DNA of 64,000 nucleotides from the human T2T-CHM13v2.0 reference genome, Homo sapiens, in the NCBI RefSeq assembly GCF_009914755.1, contig NC_060937.1; one strand, written 5' to 3'. A program made the position numbers and the translations under genes. How positions within the stretch are numbered: position 1 is the first letter of the stretch; every line of letters starts with the position of its first letter. Below, one piece after another: positions 14,830 to 30,719 of this stretch. The notes beneath the pieces are model-generated. The model did no database searches and was not told the DNA's origin. It worked only from the letters and a program-made list of their open reading frames with translations.

Positions 14830-15179
14830 AGTCAGCCTAATCCATTCAGACTACCATCAGAGAATATCATAAACTGGGCGGGTTATAAACAACAGAAATC
14901 TGTTTCTGACAGTTCTGGAGGCCGGGAAGTCCAAGATCAAGATGCCAGCAGATTCAGTGTTTGGTGAGGGCCTACTTTCCGGTTCATTTTTGCTGTAACC
15001 TCATGTGGTGGGAGGAAGGGGAGCAGGCTCTCTGTGGCCTCTTTTAAAAGGGTGCTTCTCTCATTCATGAAGGTCCTACCTGTGACCTAATTAACTACCA
15101 AAGTCCCCACCTTCAAATTCCATCACACTGGGGATTAGGAGTTCAACACTGATGGGATACAAACATTCAGTGTATAGCA
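14830..15179 (-). mobile_element. MLT1A-type MaLR solo LTR
   Basis: cagttctggaggccgggaagtccaagatcaag...acaaacattcagtgtatagca. Confidence 0.88.
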
Positions 15180-15379
15180 CACATACACTGCAGACTCCTA
15201 TTTCCCCAGAATTCTCCTGCCAGCAGGCACTTCTGATGTTCCTCTTGCTGTTACAAGAATGCCTCCTACAGAAACCCCGAAAACTATGTCCTGCCTAGGA
15301 GCTGTTTTGAGAAGATGGATAAAAAACCTGAATAGGAGTATACAAGTTGGAGATAGAAAAAAAGTAAAACTCATAATTG

Positions 15380-15560
15380 TTCATTATTGAATGTTTCCAA
15401 AGGGCTAGGCATAATATTAAGTGCCTTGCATGCATTATTGCATCTTACACTTCCTGCAAAATTGTTAGATAGGTAATATTACATATGAGTAAATGAAGAC
15501 TGAGACAATTTAAGTAACTCGCCTGAGTGCAGAATCAGAAGAGAACCAGATGGGCCTGTG
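15380..15560 (-). mobile_element. MIR remnant
   Basis: gagtaaatgaagactgagacaatttaagtaactcgcc resembles the reverse MIR core. Confidence 0.5.
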
Positions 15561-17242
15561 TCTATACTCCATGCGCCCCATGGAATTCACACGTGAGCTA
15601 AGACTTCAGAAATACTGGACTAAATTTCAAGAAAAGAGGTAAGTGGATAAAAGAAAGAAGATAAGAGTAAGTGAAATTCTAGCAAAACTCTTGGAGAACT
15701 TTGGAAAACAAAATTCATGCTTTAGTTCAGCTGATTACAGTCAAATACACTCTATTCGGTTCTGGCACTGCAGCATCAATACCTAAATGACCCCTTAGAA
15801 ACTGTTAATGTAACTACCAGAAAAGATATACCCACTTCTTATAGGAAGGTATTGATCTGTGTAGAATGAAAAAAGTTTTTGAAAGGTTTGATTAAAAATA
15901 AAAGTTTTTAACGGAGAAGAAAGTGGGCTGACAGCAACCCCCGCAGGTCTTGTGTTTGTTAATAGTTTTCACTCTCCCTGTCTTTTTTTTTTTTTTTTTT
16001 GGATATATGTTGCTGAGAAAGAATAAAATACAGAGACTAATGACTCTGACAAAAGGCTCTTCTTGTTTATTGATTAGCACCAGGACTGGGTTTTTGGACG
16101 GGTGTGCTGGTAGACATTCAGACTGCCAAAAATGAAACTAGGCATTATAGATGGGGCAAAGAAATACTATAAAATTAAAAAGGCAATAAATTTAGAACCA
16201 GTACAACTAAAGTGCTTCTTCATATAGTACACGTTGTATATTATTCAGAGCAGGGGTAGTCAGATGAACGCTGAGGTAGGAATAAAAAATAGAGTTCCTT
16301 CCCCACAGTGAGTCATAGCTGTATACAAGCAAACAGGAAATGCCCCGACAACCCTTCCAATGAAAGTTGACGGATTCGCTGTGGGGCACAGGAAAACACG
16401 TTGCCAGATCAGGTAAAATGGTTTCCCAAAATTTAATCCACTCTACTACTGGAAATGCTGGGTCCTTACCAAGGAAAATAGACAAATTAACTGTGACGGA
16501 AAGAAGTAGATGAGCTATGCTGTCCCTCTGGGTCTTCATGCCTCTTAAGTGAGGTGTACCCAGGTAGTCAGGGAGGCAGGATGTGGGGACAGCTGGGGAG
16601 CAGCTGAAATCAAAGGGCAGCCTGAGAGACCAGTAGGGGGTAGACAGGAGACCTGGTCAATTTCGAGCAGCACTGTGTTTTTCTGACCTGGAAAAGAGAA
16701 GGAAACAGCTGTGCTTTGAGCCTGAATCCTTGTTTAAACCCGAGAGTGGCCATAGCTCATGTGTTCCCTAATGAAATCCAGAATGGACACTTGGATATTG
16801 AGAGTTCCCTATACTCCCCTGTCTAGCAAATAAGACTCCACATCAACATCTGGCCCTGTGGAGAAGCTCAATACATCATTGACAAACACACAGGGATACC
16901 GTGAAGATGGATTCAGTCTCTGAGAGGCTGCTTTAAAACCTCTCCGGAATTTAAGCTGCAGCTTTATTTAGTATAGTCCTAAGGCCCCCCAAAACAGACT
17001 GGAATTCCTCTTCAGCGATGATCTGAAGTTTTTCAGGTAAGTCATCTGGACTCAGCTCTGCAGACAAAACAATATTTCTCTAAAAGTGTAAATGACATTA
17101 AGGATGTGATCCACAAACACTCCCTTTTCAACTTCACTGTCTGTTGGTTGTGGGTGGGGTAGTTGCTTGATTGTTTGGGAGCCTGAGATATGGGGATAGG
17201 ATGTAGCTTCTCGTTAATCCTGGGGCCATTAGACTCAGACTC

Positions 17243-17850
17243 TGTATTAGTTTTCTATTGCTGCCATAATTAATTACCACAATTTAGGGGCTTAAACCAA
17301 CATCAATTTGTGATCTCAGAGATCTGTAGGTCAGACATCTGGGTTAGCTCGACTGGTATCTTTGTTTCAAGTCTCACAAGCCCCAAATCAAGGTGTTGGC
17401 CAGCTGGGCTCCTACCTGAAGGCTCTGGAGAAAAATCTAGAGCCTGGCAAAATTTCGTTGTGTGCAGTTGTGGGAACTGTTTCCTGTTTCCTTGCTAGCT
17501 GTCAACCAGGGCCTGCTCTTAGCTCTTAGAGGTCTGTCCCTGGGCTTCACATGTGGTCCTTGCATCCCAGCCAGCAACAGCACTGCAGGTCCTGCTCACA
17601 CTCAAAATCCCCATGACTTCCTCCTGGGCTGCAAAATTCCCTTCTTTTAAGGGCTCATGTGATTAGATTGAACCCACCTGAAAAATCCAGGCACTCCACA
17701 TATTTAAGGTCCATAGTCCTGATTATATCTGCAAAACCTCTTTTGTCCTGTACTGTAACATGCACAGGCTTCAGGGATCAAGTCCTGGATTTTTTTTTCT
17801 TTTTTTTTTTTTGAGGAGTAGGAGGGTGGGAGCATTTTCCTGCCTATTAA
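17243..17850 (-). mobile_element. MLT1 (E/F-like) MaLR solo LTR
   Basis: Starts tgtattagttttctattgctgccataa; contains ttttaagggctcatgtgattagattg; ends cctgcctatta. Confidence 0.85.
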
Positions 17851-18478
17851 AGTCTCAGAATAAGGCCAGGTAATAAATTGCTATGCATAGCCAGTGCACC
17901 TTGAAGGACATTCACCTTTGGATGTCCTACAAGAATGGCAGATCTTGCAGTATGATCTCACAGTAAAGATTCTTTTTCTGTCAGAGTTCATTGTATTTTT
18001 AGAAATGTAAATATTTTATCTTTAAAATGGCATAATGTCTTGCTTTTGTGCTTGTACTATGCATATGTGTACTTTAGTGTGTGCAGAGTAGGGGTGGGGG
18101 GGCGGTTGTGTGTCTGTACATTACTTTCTTCTCTTAAAAAAGGAAATCCAATATGCTGCAAGTCCAGTATATTCCAATATACTGTGATTTAGAAAGGGTA
18201 AACCGTTGCCCTAAGCTTACATTGTAAATACACGCTAGAAATATAGCCCCTGACTTCAGTCATTCTGAACTCCTCTGCAGAGTTTACTATATCATACCGT
18301 CTTGCACAAAAATGTTCTTCATAGAAACCATGATATAATACAGTTATAAATAATAGAATTGGGAAAAAGTAAGATCCATCCCCATGTAGCTCTCCATATT
18401 TATTGGCATACAAAAACTACACGTTCCCCCAAGATTGGTTAAAATGTAAACAAATAAAATAAATAATACTTCCTGAAG

Positions 18479-18788
<310 letters not shown>

Positions 18789-20829
18789 CATCTGAAATGT
18801 TTTTACAGAGTAAAAAGTTCAAACAATTAACAAAAAGAAGGAGGAAGAGAATTATATGCATTCTCTGACCTTTACTTTATTAAAACTATCCTTTCAAGTC
18901 CATCAGGTAAAACTTGATTTAATGCTAGCTACTAAACATTTTTCTTGTTTTTCTTTTTCCATTTTTTTAAACCTGGCTTCATTGGCTGGGAGAGATGTGA
19001 AATCCAGGCCATGGGTATTTCTCTCTAAATGCTCAGCCTCCAAATGTCAGATTTGAATACTGATAAATGAAGTAAACCATCTTGGCTACTACAGAGGCCC
19101 TGAGGAAGGGATATAATTTCTCCAACAATCTGATCAAATGTACACAAAATAAGCATTTTGCACAAAATATTTATTTTAAATGAGCTTTTCTTTGAACACA
19201 TCTTTATGTTCATTTTTTAAACTCTGCCCTAATGAGAAAAGGTAGATTCGATGCAATTTTAGTTTTAGAGAGCATAAAACCTTCTTGCTTAGGTACCCAG
19301 TGAATGGCTGATACTGGATTAGGAATTTGTTGTTGAGAATAATTAGTTCCATGCAAAACATTTCACATAAAATGTGTTGAAAGTCAGAAACCATACTGGT
19401 TGGAAAAACATACAATAACACAACAATAATAGGATGTAATTTTCAAGCCATTTTCAGGTTAAATAAAACTCCTTCCCAAATGTACTTAATTCCTTTAACG
19501 AATATCCTAAAATGGTAAGAACTAGATTAATATTAGCTCTACTTAACTGAGAGTTCAATTAATTTTGTAGCAACTCTGACAAGGTTTGGAATAAAGAGAA
19601 AGAAATAAGGAAAGAAGATTTGAAAAAAATAGGAATGTGGCTATCTAACTTAGCACCAAACACTCAACGTAAGTGTCCATACTTTCAAAGAGAGTAGAAA
19701 AAAAACAAAACATAGTCTTTGATGATGATTTTAAGCAAAATAACTATAGAAAAGAAAGAAGTTTTCTCTCAAATAACTCAGTCATGACTCAAGCAGGGAA
19801 GAAATGTTAGCTGATTGGAAGTCAGTTGTGCATTTTCTCACTAAAGAAGGTTGTCTGCACGATGGAGTCCAGTATCTGCTGGGGAAAAGTTACAACCCTT
19901 GGAGGCAAAAGAATTGTCCTCTAATGGGCTCCAGGTCTTCCAATTTCCACTTCATTCTGTGGCCCAGACAAGCAGAAAACATGTTTGAGGAATGATAAGA
20001 CAAAGCAGTAAACATTAAATATTTTTAAATCCAAGGGTGGTCGTGAAAATTCTTGTCCCTCTACTTTCTACTCTGTCAAAGGCTCTCTTTGTTTAATCAA
20101 TGAGGTTATTTTTTGAACAAAGAGAAATCAATATGCACTCAACAATCATCTCCTATGATCAAAATATGTCCCCCATTCTTAAAGCATAGCAAAGAAGGCT
20201 CAGTTTGGATTTTTAACAAAAAACAAAAACAAAAACAAAAACCAAAAAAAACACGTCATTCTGATGATGACTTGCATTTCCAGGAGACCGACAGTGCTAT
20301 GCAATCTGATATTGAATAACATTTTCTATGACTGTGTTACTGCAGTTGAAAATATTTACTTTTAAAATTTTACTTTATAAAAATGTTTTAAGATTTTTTT
20401 AAAAAAAAGCAAAAGATACATATATATATGTATGTATATTTTTCTTTCCTCTTGGTTCTCTACTGCCAGTGTAAAAGATAACAACTATTGAGAGATTAGA
20501 CATTCTTATGTGAACATGTACACACACACAAAGCAATGTTAATATACATACATGTGTATACATATATGGGTAGCTATAATTTTTAAATGGCTGCACAAAA
20601 TATATCTACAATTTTAAAATGGCTACATAGTATTATTTTGAGTGAATATTTATAATAACTGTCTTAAGCAACTTTCATTTAACTCACCCACTCACTTCCA
20701 CTTCCTCTTACAAAACACAGTAGCATCTACTACCTGCTTACAACTTGCTAATAATAGGTTTTCCAACCCTCCCTCCCCACTGTCTACAAAGATTTAGTTC
20801 TGCTTGTCTTTAAAGCAAATTGCATTTGT

Positions 20830-21062
20830 AAGTGTAATTATGTAATTTAATTAAGCATGATATAAACCAATTAAATATGAGTAGGATAGGACAAAGATAT
20901 GTTTCTACAAAAGCTAAGTTTAATGCATTGGGAAGATTCTCTTAAGATGACTATACAATTAAAAAGAAAATACAAGTGAAGTGGGAAGTGAGACAACTGT
21001 GAGGGAGAAAAAGATTGGGGCAGAAATGTGTAAATCTAAGAGTCTATATTCATTTTGCTTTA
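20830..21062 (+). mobile_element. Tigger/pogo-family transposase remnant (Tigger13-like), part 1
   Basis: Decayed frame MSRIGQRYVSTKAKFNALGR (from 20877) and VGSETTV resemble the CENP-B/psq HTH N-terminus of Tigger transposases. Confidence 0.6.
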
Positions 21063-21075
21063 CGGGTATTCTATT

Positions 21076-21490
21076 GTCTGGACAAGTTTAGTTATGCACA
21101 TACTGAATAAAACAGTTCCCAGCCAACAGCCCTGAGATTTCCCTGGCTTAAAACCACAGGCTCCTATGCCTTGCTCATATTACATACTCAACCTGGATTG
21201 GTGAGGGACTCTGTTCCACATTGTTCTCACTCAGGGTCCTGGATCTTTGGAGCATCCATCATCAGGAACAAGTGCTATTCAACATGTGGAGAAAATAGGA
21301 GGAAGATTGTCAGTGTTGGCTGCTAAAGATGTCCCCTTGGAGGTAACATATTTCGTTTCCACTAACAACACATTAAACAAAGCAGGCCTATTGGCTAATC
21401 TCATCAGAGCCTGAATACACAATCCTTCCACCTGACCAAAAGGAGATGGCAACCGAATCTGGTGCACAATAACAGTGTTTACTCATCAAG
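21076..21490 (-). mobile_element. Old MLT1 (J/K-like) LTR inserted into the Tigger remnant
   Basis: tggcttaaaaccacagg...gagggactctgttccaca...actcagggtcc pattern; highly diverged. Confidence 0.6.
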
Positions 21491-21499
21491 ATTTCAGTG

Positions 21500-21620
21500 A
21501 CCCTGCCCCTTAAAACATAATCTGGACGTTACAGATCAAGCCTTAAGGATGAATTTATACAGAAGTAAATGATGTAGGATACCAGTTCAGACTCAAAGGA
21601 AAAGGCTTGGCTTGCATCTT
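21500..21620 (+). mobile_element. Tigger-family transposase remnant, part 2
   Basis: Decayed LDVTDQALRM and LKGKGLA resemble the second CENP-B-type HTH (L..VD.AL..WF ... LKEKA). Confidence 0.5.
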
Positions 21621-21739
21621 TTGCCAGTTTCTCTGTATATTTCTTGATTAGTTGAAATTGGTCCTCTAGTATTGACTCTTGGAAAATATATTACTCATGG
21701 GAAATACATTCCCTGTATTCATATCCACATCCAAAAATA

Positions 21740-22700
<961 letters not shown>

Positions 22701-23473
22701 GAGCGAAGTGAGTTCATCCAGAAGAAGGTGTTAGCAAGAGCATTATGTGATACAAAGGCATGTTCATACCTTAGCCCAGAGGGGCACAGATGGGTGTAAG
22801 TAAGTGATGATATAGAAGTTAGTGCTGGAGTTGCTTGGTAGATTAAAATAACACTTTCTGATTTTGTAAATATGTGCTTTTGGGAGACAGATTTGGGATT
22901 TCCAAATCCGGAATTGTTTCCTGGAAGAATGGGTAAGTCTTTGGAAGTAGCTCTGACTCTCAAGTAGACACAGTGGGTAGGGAGCGAATTGGAATAAGAA
23001 ACCGCCTTATAAACAAAGGTGGAAGATAGTAAAATAGACTGTGCGTTGAAAGAATGTGCAAAGAGAACAATGGACTTATTGAAAATCCACTGTGCCTCAT
23101 GCACCATGCATTTTTCCTACAATATGCTCAAGAAATGTGTTATAACTTCCAGGAATAATTTACCTTTTAAATTTACAGTAAATTTTCAACAGTGATGGGA
23201 GAAAGGGAATCCTTCAGGCATCTGCCTAGCTGTGTTGTTTTATTCTGGAGAAGATGTGAGTGTGGGTGGTTCTTTTCTTAGCCATTGTCCTAGTTCTTAT
23301 AACAGGGGATTTTTAAGAAATCTTCGGATTTTTAAAAAAATATTGGCATGTGTAATTTAATAATGTCTTTATTTTCAGAATTATTTTGGTGTCACATGTA
23401 CTAGGAAGAAATTTCATAGTTTTGTATCTTGAGGGTAAATGTCATTCATAACCTATATTATTTAAAAATTATA

Positions 23474-23763
23474 GGGCAGGTGCGGTGGCTCACGCCTGTA
23501 ATCCCAGCACTTTGGGAGGCTGAGGCTGGCAGATCATGAGGTCAGGAGATTAAGACCATCCTGGCCAACATCGTGAAACCCCGTCTCTACTAAAATGCAA
23601 AAACTTAGCTAGGCATGGTGGCACACACCTGTAGTCCCAGTTACTCAGGAGGCTGAGGCAGGGGGATGGCTTGAACCTGGGAGGCGGGGATCGCGGTGAG
23701 CCAAGATTGCGCCACTGCACTCTAGCCTGGCGACAGAGTAAGACTCTGTCTCAAAAAAAAAAA
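23474..23763 (+). mobile_element. Full-length Alu (AluSc-like)
   Basis: gaccatcctggccaac and agcctggcgacagag features; poly-A tail. Confidence 0.96.
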
Positions 23764-23788
23764 GATTACAAAAACATTTGTGACATGA

Positions 23789-24114
<326 letters not shown>

Positions 24115-24489
24115 GTATTCTTTATTGGAATATAAAATCTATGAAGGCAATGAATTTGATTTTATTCTCCTAGCCCTAGAAGTGTCTCTGGCATGTAAGT
24201 TTTTGAGAACATTGATTGTTTCTTCATCTGAAAACCAAACACAAAGTAAATGACAACATGTGCAAAATTTACAAACATTAAATAAATGCTTTTATAGTTT
24301 CCAATAAAACTACAAATAGAATTCTATAATAGTATGTTAAAGTATAAAGTTGTATAAGACCATCACATCAATTATTATAACTAAATATATTCACTGCTTA
24401 CCTGGATAGAAAGCACCCAGGCATATTTTTAAAGAACAAATGAATAGATTGGTAGAAAAATGCATGCACGTACAGGGAGGTTTAGCTCA

Positions 24490-24790
24490 CTACTCTTCCT
24501 CTGTTGCTTTCCACAAATACTTACTGAGAACTAATCTAAATATATATAGAAAGGAATAAGCTGCAGTTCTTGTGGACAATATACTCAATTTTTAGAGGGT
24601 ATATTAGTACAAAAGTAATTAATAATAAAAAAGATAAGGGCAAAAATGAAGATAGATAGATATCAAGGGTTATAGAAACATGGAGAAAATCTGAACTAGC
24701 TCTAGGTAATGGCTTCATGGAGGAAACCTTGGCTGAGTATATCTTCAAAATGAGTAGAAGGCCACACGGCAGAGAAAAATATTCCAGGCC
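24490..24790 (-). mobile_element. L2 remnant
   Basis: ccacaaatacttactgag and ggcttcatggaggaaac...attccaggc are typical reverse L2 3' motifs. Confidence 0.55.
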
Positions 24791-24808
24791 AAGAGATTAA
24801 AATAATTC

Positions 24809-25198
<390 letters not shown>

Positions 25199-26217
25199 TC
25201 ATCTCTCTTAAGACAGGGGTCGTTCAGGAAGGCATTCATTCGGTGAATGGAAATTTTTAAAATAGCGACTATTTTTTCTCAAATCTAAATTCTCTTAGGC
25301 TTGGCATGTTGCTGGTGTTGTTTAGCGACATCTCAGCTTTGAGCTGGCATCTCTCCAGCTCCCTTGGCTTGTCCTTATGGCTACAGTCCGTCCGCAAGAG
25401 CTTCAGGCATTAGGACTTAACTATTGCATTCAAAAGCTGAAATGCAAGGAGCTGTGGCTTCAGGCAGAGAGGAACATCTCTGCCAGAAACTCCCATGAGG
25501 TTTTCCAAAATATACAGCAGAAGAAGATCACATGCCCAAAACTAAACAAGTAGCTCAGCCCCAGCTTCCCTGATAAAGAGGTCTCATCCAGACACTTCAC
25601 ACAAATTGGATTCTGCAGAAAAAGAAGGAGGAGGTGGCTTAAAGTAGGCAATAAGCAATGTTTATTGTGTGTATTTGGGGGCCAGATATGGAATCCTTAT
25701 TTGATATGCTGTATTAATAAATGGGCTTTTAGCATGGTGTTAATGAATAACCATGGAAAGATTTGGTAGGAAATCACTGCAACAAGAGTCGTAATTTAGG
25801 AAGATGATTCTGTTGGTAATGGAAAGTTTAGTCTGGGGCAGGAAAAAGAATAAACATAGAGCAGCCAGGAGGCACTTACTGTAGCTTAGGTGAGAAAAGA
25901 TGAGAGCCTGGACGAAGCAGAATCGGACATGGATGGCAGTAAAGTTGTTTTAATGTTATTTTCTTGATTATAGTAAAAGTAACTGATTGGCTGAGTGTTA
26001 GGGAGTACAGTTAAGGATGGAGTACAGTTAAGGATGGTGAAGAAATAAAGTTAACTAAAGGGTTTTTTTTTCTTTTGGTGGTGTTGTTTGTTTCTTACAT
26101 TAGCGGTAACTACTGAGGCTGTTGGCCAGAAAGGAAATGGTACAGATGGAAGAGATTCTCTAGCTGATGTGACACGAAGTTCAGGTTTTGATTTTGAGGT
26201 GTATGTGGAACTGTTAG

Positions 26218-26765
26218 TGTATTAGTCAGGGTTCTCTCGAGGGGCAGGACTAATAAAGTAGATGTAAACAAAAAGGGAGTTTATTAAGGAGAATTGACTC
26301 ACACGATCACAAGGTGAAGTCCCACAATAGGCTGTCTGCAAGCTGAGGAGCCAGGAAGCCAGTCCAAGTCCCAAATCTCAAAAGTGGGGAAGCTGACAGT
26401 GCAGCCTTCAGTCTGTGGCCAAGGCCCGAGAGCCCCTGGCAAACCACTAGTGTAAGTCCAGGAGTCCAAAAGCTGAAGAACTTGGAGTCCAATGTTTGAG
26501 GGCAGGAAGCATCTAGCATGGGAGAAAGATGGAGGCCAGAAGAGTTAGCCAGTCCAGTCCTTCCACGTTCTTCTGCCTGCTTTTGTCCTAGCCGGATTGG
26601 CAGCTGATTAGTTGGTGCTGGCAGCTGATTGAAGGTGGGTCTGCCTCTCCCATTCCACTAACTCAAATGTTAATCTCCTTTGGCAACACCCTCAGAGGCA
26701 CACAGAGGAACAATACTTTGCATCCTTCAGACCAATCAAGTTGACACTTAATATTAACCATCACA
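26218..26765 (-). mobile_element. MLT2A (MLT2A2-like, HERV-L) solo LTR
   Basis: tgtattagtcagggttctct ... aatattaaccatcaca termini, 548 bp; degenerate 5-bp TSD gttag/gccag. Confidence 0.93.
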
Positions 26766-27294
26766 GCCAGGAATAATTGCACTGAAAAATTGCAATCTGT
26801 ATCTCAGGCAAAAGGTCAACAGTTATTCTAGATATTTAGTAATAATTGGCATCAAAGTATTTTTTTTAATTCTATGGGAATATTTAAAACAGGCAAAGAG
26901 AAGGAAGACACAGGGCAGAAACTGGGGAAGTCATAAGCGTTTGCCTTTAATTATTAAAAGAAAGTATCCCAAACAAATATATTCAAGATAGAAAAGAAAC
27001 TGGAACAAAATAACATCACAAAAACCAAGGAAGATGAGAACTTTAAAAAGAAAGCTTGTAGTCAACAGTGTCAAATAGCCTAAGAGTCAACAAGGAAGAG
27101 AATTAGAAAGAGGAGGTAAATGGACCAGTTAGGAAATTATTAACATTATTGAGAGCAGACTTGGTGTAATATTGCAGTAGGCTCTAACTGGACTATCGGA
27201 TTTGAAGTAAAGCAAACTGATATTGCTATTTCAAAAATTTTGCAGGACTATGTATAAAAATGTATCTTATGAAGATGGCAAGGTCATATAATAA

Positions 27295-27582
<288 letters not shown>

Positions 27583-27770
27583 AAATGTTTAACTTTTAAA
27601 GAAACCATCCAACGGTTTTCAAAGTTGGTTTTGTTAGTTCCCACCACCCCAAGCAATGGATGCTCCAAATCCTTACTAACATTTGGCTTTCTCAGTCTTT
27701 CTTTTTGAAACTTTAGCCATTCCAGTAGGTGTGTAGAGGTGTCCTGTTGTGGTTACAATTTGCTTTTCAA
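27583..27770 (-). mobile_element. L1M 3' region fragment
   Basis: atgtttaacttttaaagaaacc...ttagccattccagtaggtgtgtag...ttgtggttacaatttgc. Confidence 0.75.
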
Positions 27771-30124
27771 GTAAGAAACTCGTACTGGTCTCAATAGTCT
27801 CCACTAAAAAAAATTTTTTTCAACCAGAAGAAGACTGGGAAGAGAATATTTGGGTCGATTTTCATATTGATTTTTTTAAAGTTAAATACAAATGGAATGA
27901 GAAAATTAAGTGTTCTCTTGAGTCTGCAACTGAATTTATTCTCTAAGTCATCAAGGGAAAATGGGGACCATACAGGCCTCAGGCAGAGAATGGTAGACTA
28001 GAAACGTGGAGTGGGTCAGCACATTGGAAATCTTGACATTGAAGAGTAGGGTTAGAAAGGAAGGGAAATGAACAGCTGTGATTAGAAAGATCAAGGTAAA
28101 CATACAGATTTTGCCCTGGAAACAATTCGCTCAAGAAGAGTGGAGGGAAAAGTAATCTGAAGTAAAGGAAGCCAAAGATGTGTGTGCTTAGTGCATTGGC
28201 CGTATTGTATCATGAGAATGGATAAGCAGAGTAACAAATGCATGAGCCGAGCAGTGAAGACACTGATAAAATAGAATGTGGAGAGCTGGATATTCCATTC
28301 CATTTCAGGAGTACTTCTCAAGTTCCCAGGCTCTCCCTAATGCCATGACACAGCAGGGAGTTTTGGTCACAGACCGTGTCTCAGAGACGCGCCTCCCTTT
28401 ATAAAGTGTGTGGGAGACTGGGGGCAAGACTGCAGAGGTTAATGTACAATTACTCTTTCTCCACACCTCTAGCAAAAACCAAAATCTACGTTGAAAGACC
28501 CTTTTTATACTGTCTGGATGCAATAAGTTGTCTTAAATTCCCTAGATAAAATATGCTAACTATGAAGCCTTGAGTAACATTTTAAAATCACTTATTTGAA
28601 TATCTTGATGTAATTTTCAACATTTGTTACGACTCGTGACACTAAGTGGTTAGGAATAAGTTGTGATTGCAGAGTTAATTTCAGAGTGGTGCTCCACAAG
28701 GCTGCTTCATGATTATTAACACCACCACTGCTTACCCTGGCAAGGGCCGGACTGGGCCACCATTCAGATACTGGCATGAGATACCGAGTGCCTTCATTAC
28801 TCATTAGAATCAGAAAGCCAGTTCTGCTGGCAACAGCCTAAGGGGGCCAATTAGGACAGGATGGGTAAACAACTCCATGCCTATTGGTGCTGCCTCATGC
28901 TGATCCGCCGTGGTGGCAACCGCAAGCTAATATATTCACTGCACCCCTGGAACTTAATGGAAAAGCTTCATCATTGCTCTCATTCCACTAAATGTAATCC
29001 TAGAAATGATTTTTAATTTTATTCATTTACTTGAAGTAGTTTATTGAATAGTACAAAATGAACAAGTCAAAAATTAATATCTCGATTTCTCAAGAAAGGA
29101 TTAGGAGTTACTTAGACATTTTAAAGGAATTTCTGTTGTTTTTAATGTGCATTCATTATACTGCTCTGTGTCTGAGCCTACCATTTAAATACCTTCTTGT
29201 GTCATGTTTTTCACTGTGAAATTAAATGATATTGATAATGCATGTCTGAATGCTAGTGATTCTCATTAGAGGATGGGAAGGTGGAGGTAACAAAAAAATG
29301 GATATTTAACTTGTAAAAACCAAAAATATGAATAATATCAGTATAATATTTCTCTTTGTGATAATTTTACTATACCATAACTGAGATTTGCTAATTTAAA
29401 AAATAAACTATTTTATCATATTGGGTTATTTGTTTTTGACATTACATTTCTGATAGGAAATTGTAGGTTTTGATCACTATCTTGAAGTTTTAAAGTTTAA
29501 AAAGGGCTTCAAGAACATTTTTATTTTGACGATGATAGGACACTCCCATCTGAATAATGTACATGAGGTTCACACAGAGCCTGGGGTCTGCCGTTCCAGG
29601 GCACGGGCATGTTCTGTGAGTGTGTGAATGTTGTCTTTCACAATCTTGCTGATGGATGTTAAACTAAAAGGAGTTTTACAGGGTTCATTAAGTCCAAATT
29701 TACTTTTTATAAATCATAAAAATGGAACAGGGCTTGAGAGAATACAGTATATATAAAATGATTTTCAAATTCTGAATGTGCCTTACCTGTCTGTCAGGAA
29801 AGCCTTGGAGGCAGGAATGTTCATGTGTGTCCCTGTGTTTCAAACGCTCTTCCGAAGCCTGTTTTTGATGTGGTTCTAGCCACACAGGTTCCCGTCACAT
29901 TACACCTCCTGTCACTTGCCCACAAGGTTAGCTTGGTGAAATAGTCAAATGTACCAAGCTAAACTCAGCTCATTCAGGTTGACACACGCAATAGCTGCCC
30001 ACCACATCCTTTTCATCCTGCTTCAGGGGAAATTGGGTCAAAGACAGCTTCCCGTCTTTCCTGAGATTCAGAGTGACCATGTGACTAAGGTCTGCTCAGT
30101 GGGAGTGAGAGGAAATAATGGTTG

Positions 30125-30570
30125 CCCCAAACTGGAAACAAGCTAAACATCCATCCAGAGGGGACTGAATAGATCATCCTAACATACTCATTCTGTGAAG
30201 CACTGCTCAGCACTGGGAGAATTTATGCTTGATAAAGAAAACAATCTGGATGGATCTCAAATAGTCACTCTGAGGAAAAGAAGTCCACAAAAAAGAGAGG
30301 ACAGACTGTAATATTCTATTCACATACACCTCCAGAAATTATAAACTAATCAGCAGTGACAAAAAATAGATCAGTGTTGCCTACAGAAGGGAGGTAAGGA
30401 GGTAGCAGGAAGCATGACGAAGGGGCCTGTGCAACTCTTGGGGACATTGGATGTGTCCTCTGTCCTGAGTATGATGACATTTTCACAGGTTTATACGTAT
30501 GTCAAAAGTTACCGTACTGTACACTTTACATATGGGCGCCTAGCATATGCCAAGTGTACCTCATAAAGAA
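30125..30570 (+). mobile_element. L1M (MD/ME-like) 3' end
   Basis: ccaaactggaaacaa...tggatggatctcaaa...tatgtcaaaag...tgtacacttta. Confidence 0.8.
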
Positions 30571-30719
30571 CCTCATAAAAGGGCTCTTTACCAGTGTAAA
30601 GGGCAGGTGAAACACATTCCAGCCATTTCAAATGGCAAATGCCAAGATGTTGTGTATGAAGGTGTGCACGTATATGCTGAGTGTTCAAGACTTGGCTTAG
30701 AAATGTAATGACACTTATC

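Noticed and set aside
17034-17042. Perfect donor CAG|GTAAGT (other isolated donors near 29785, 38090, 38789 and 59820; acceptors near 3950 and 50862)
   Set aside because: No convincing partner site or reading frame; expected by chance in 64 kb.
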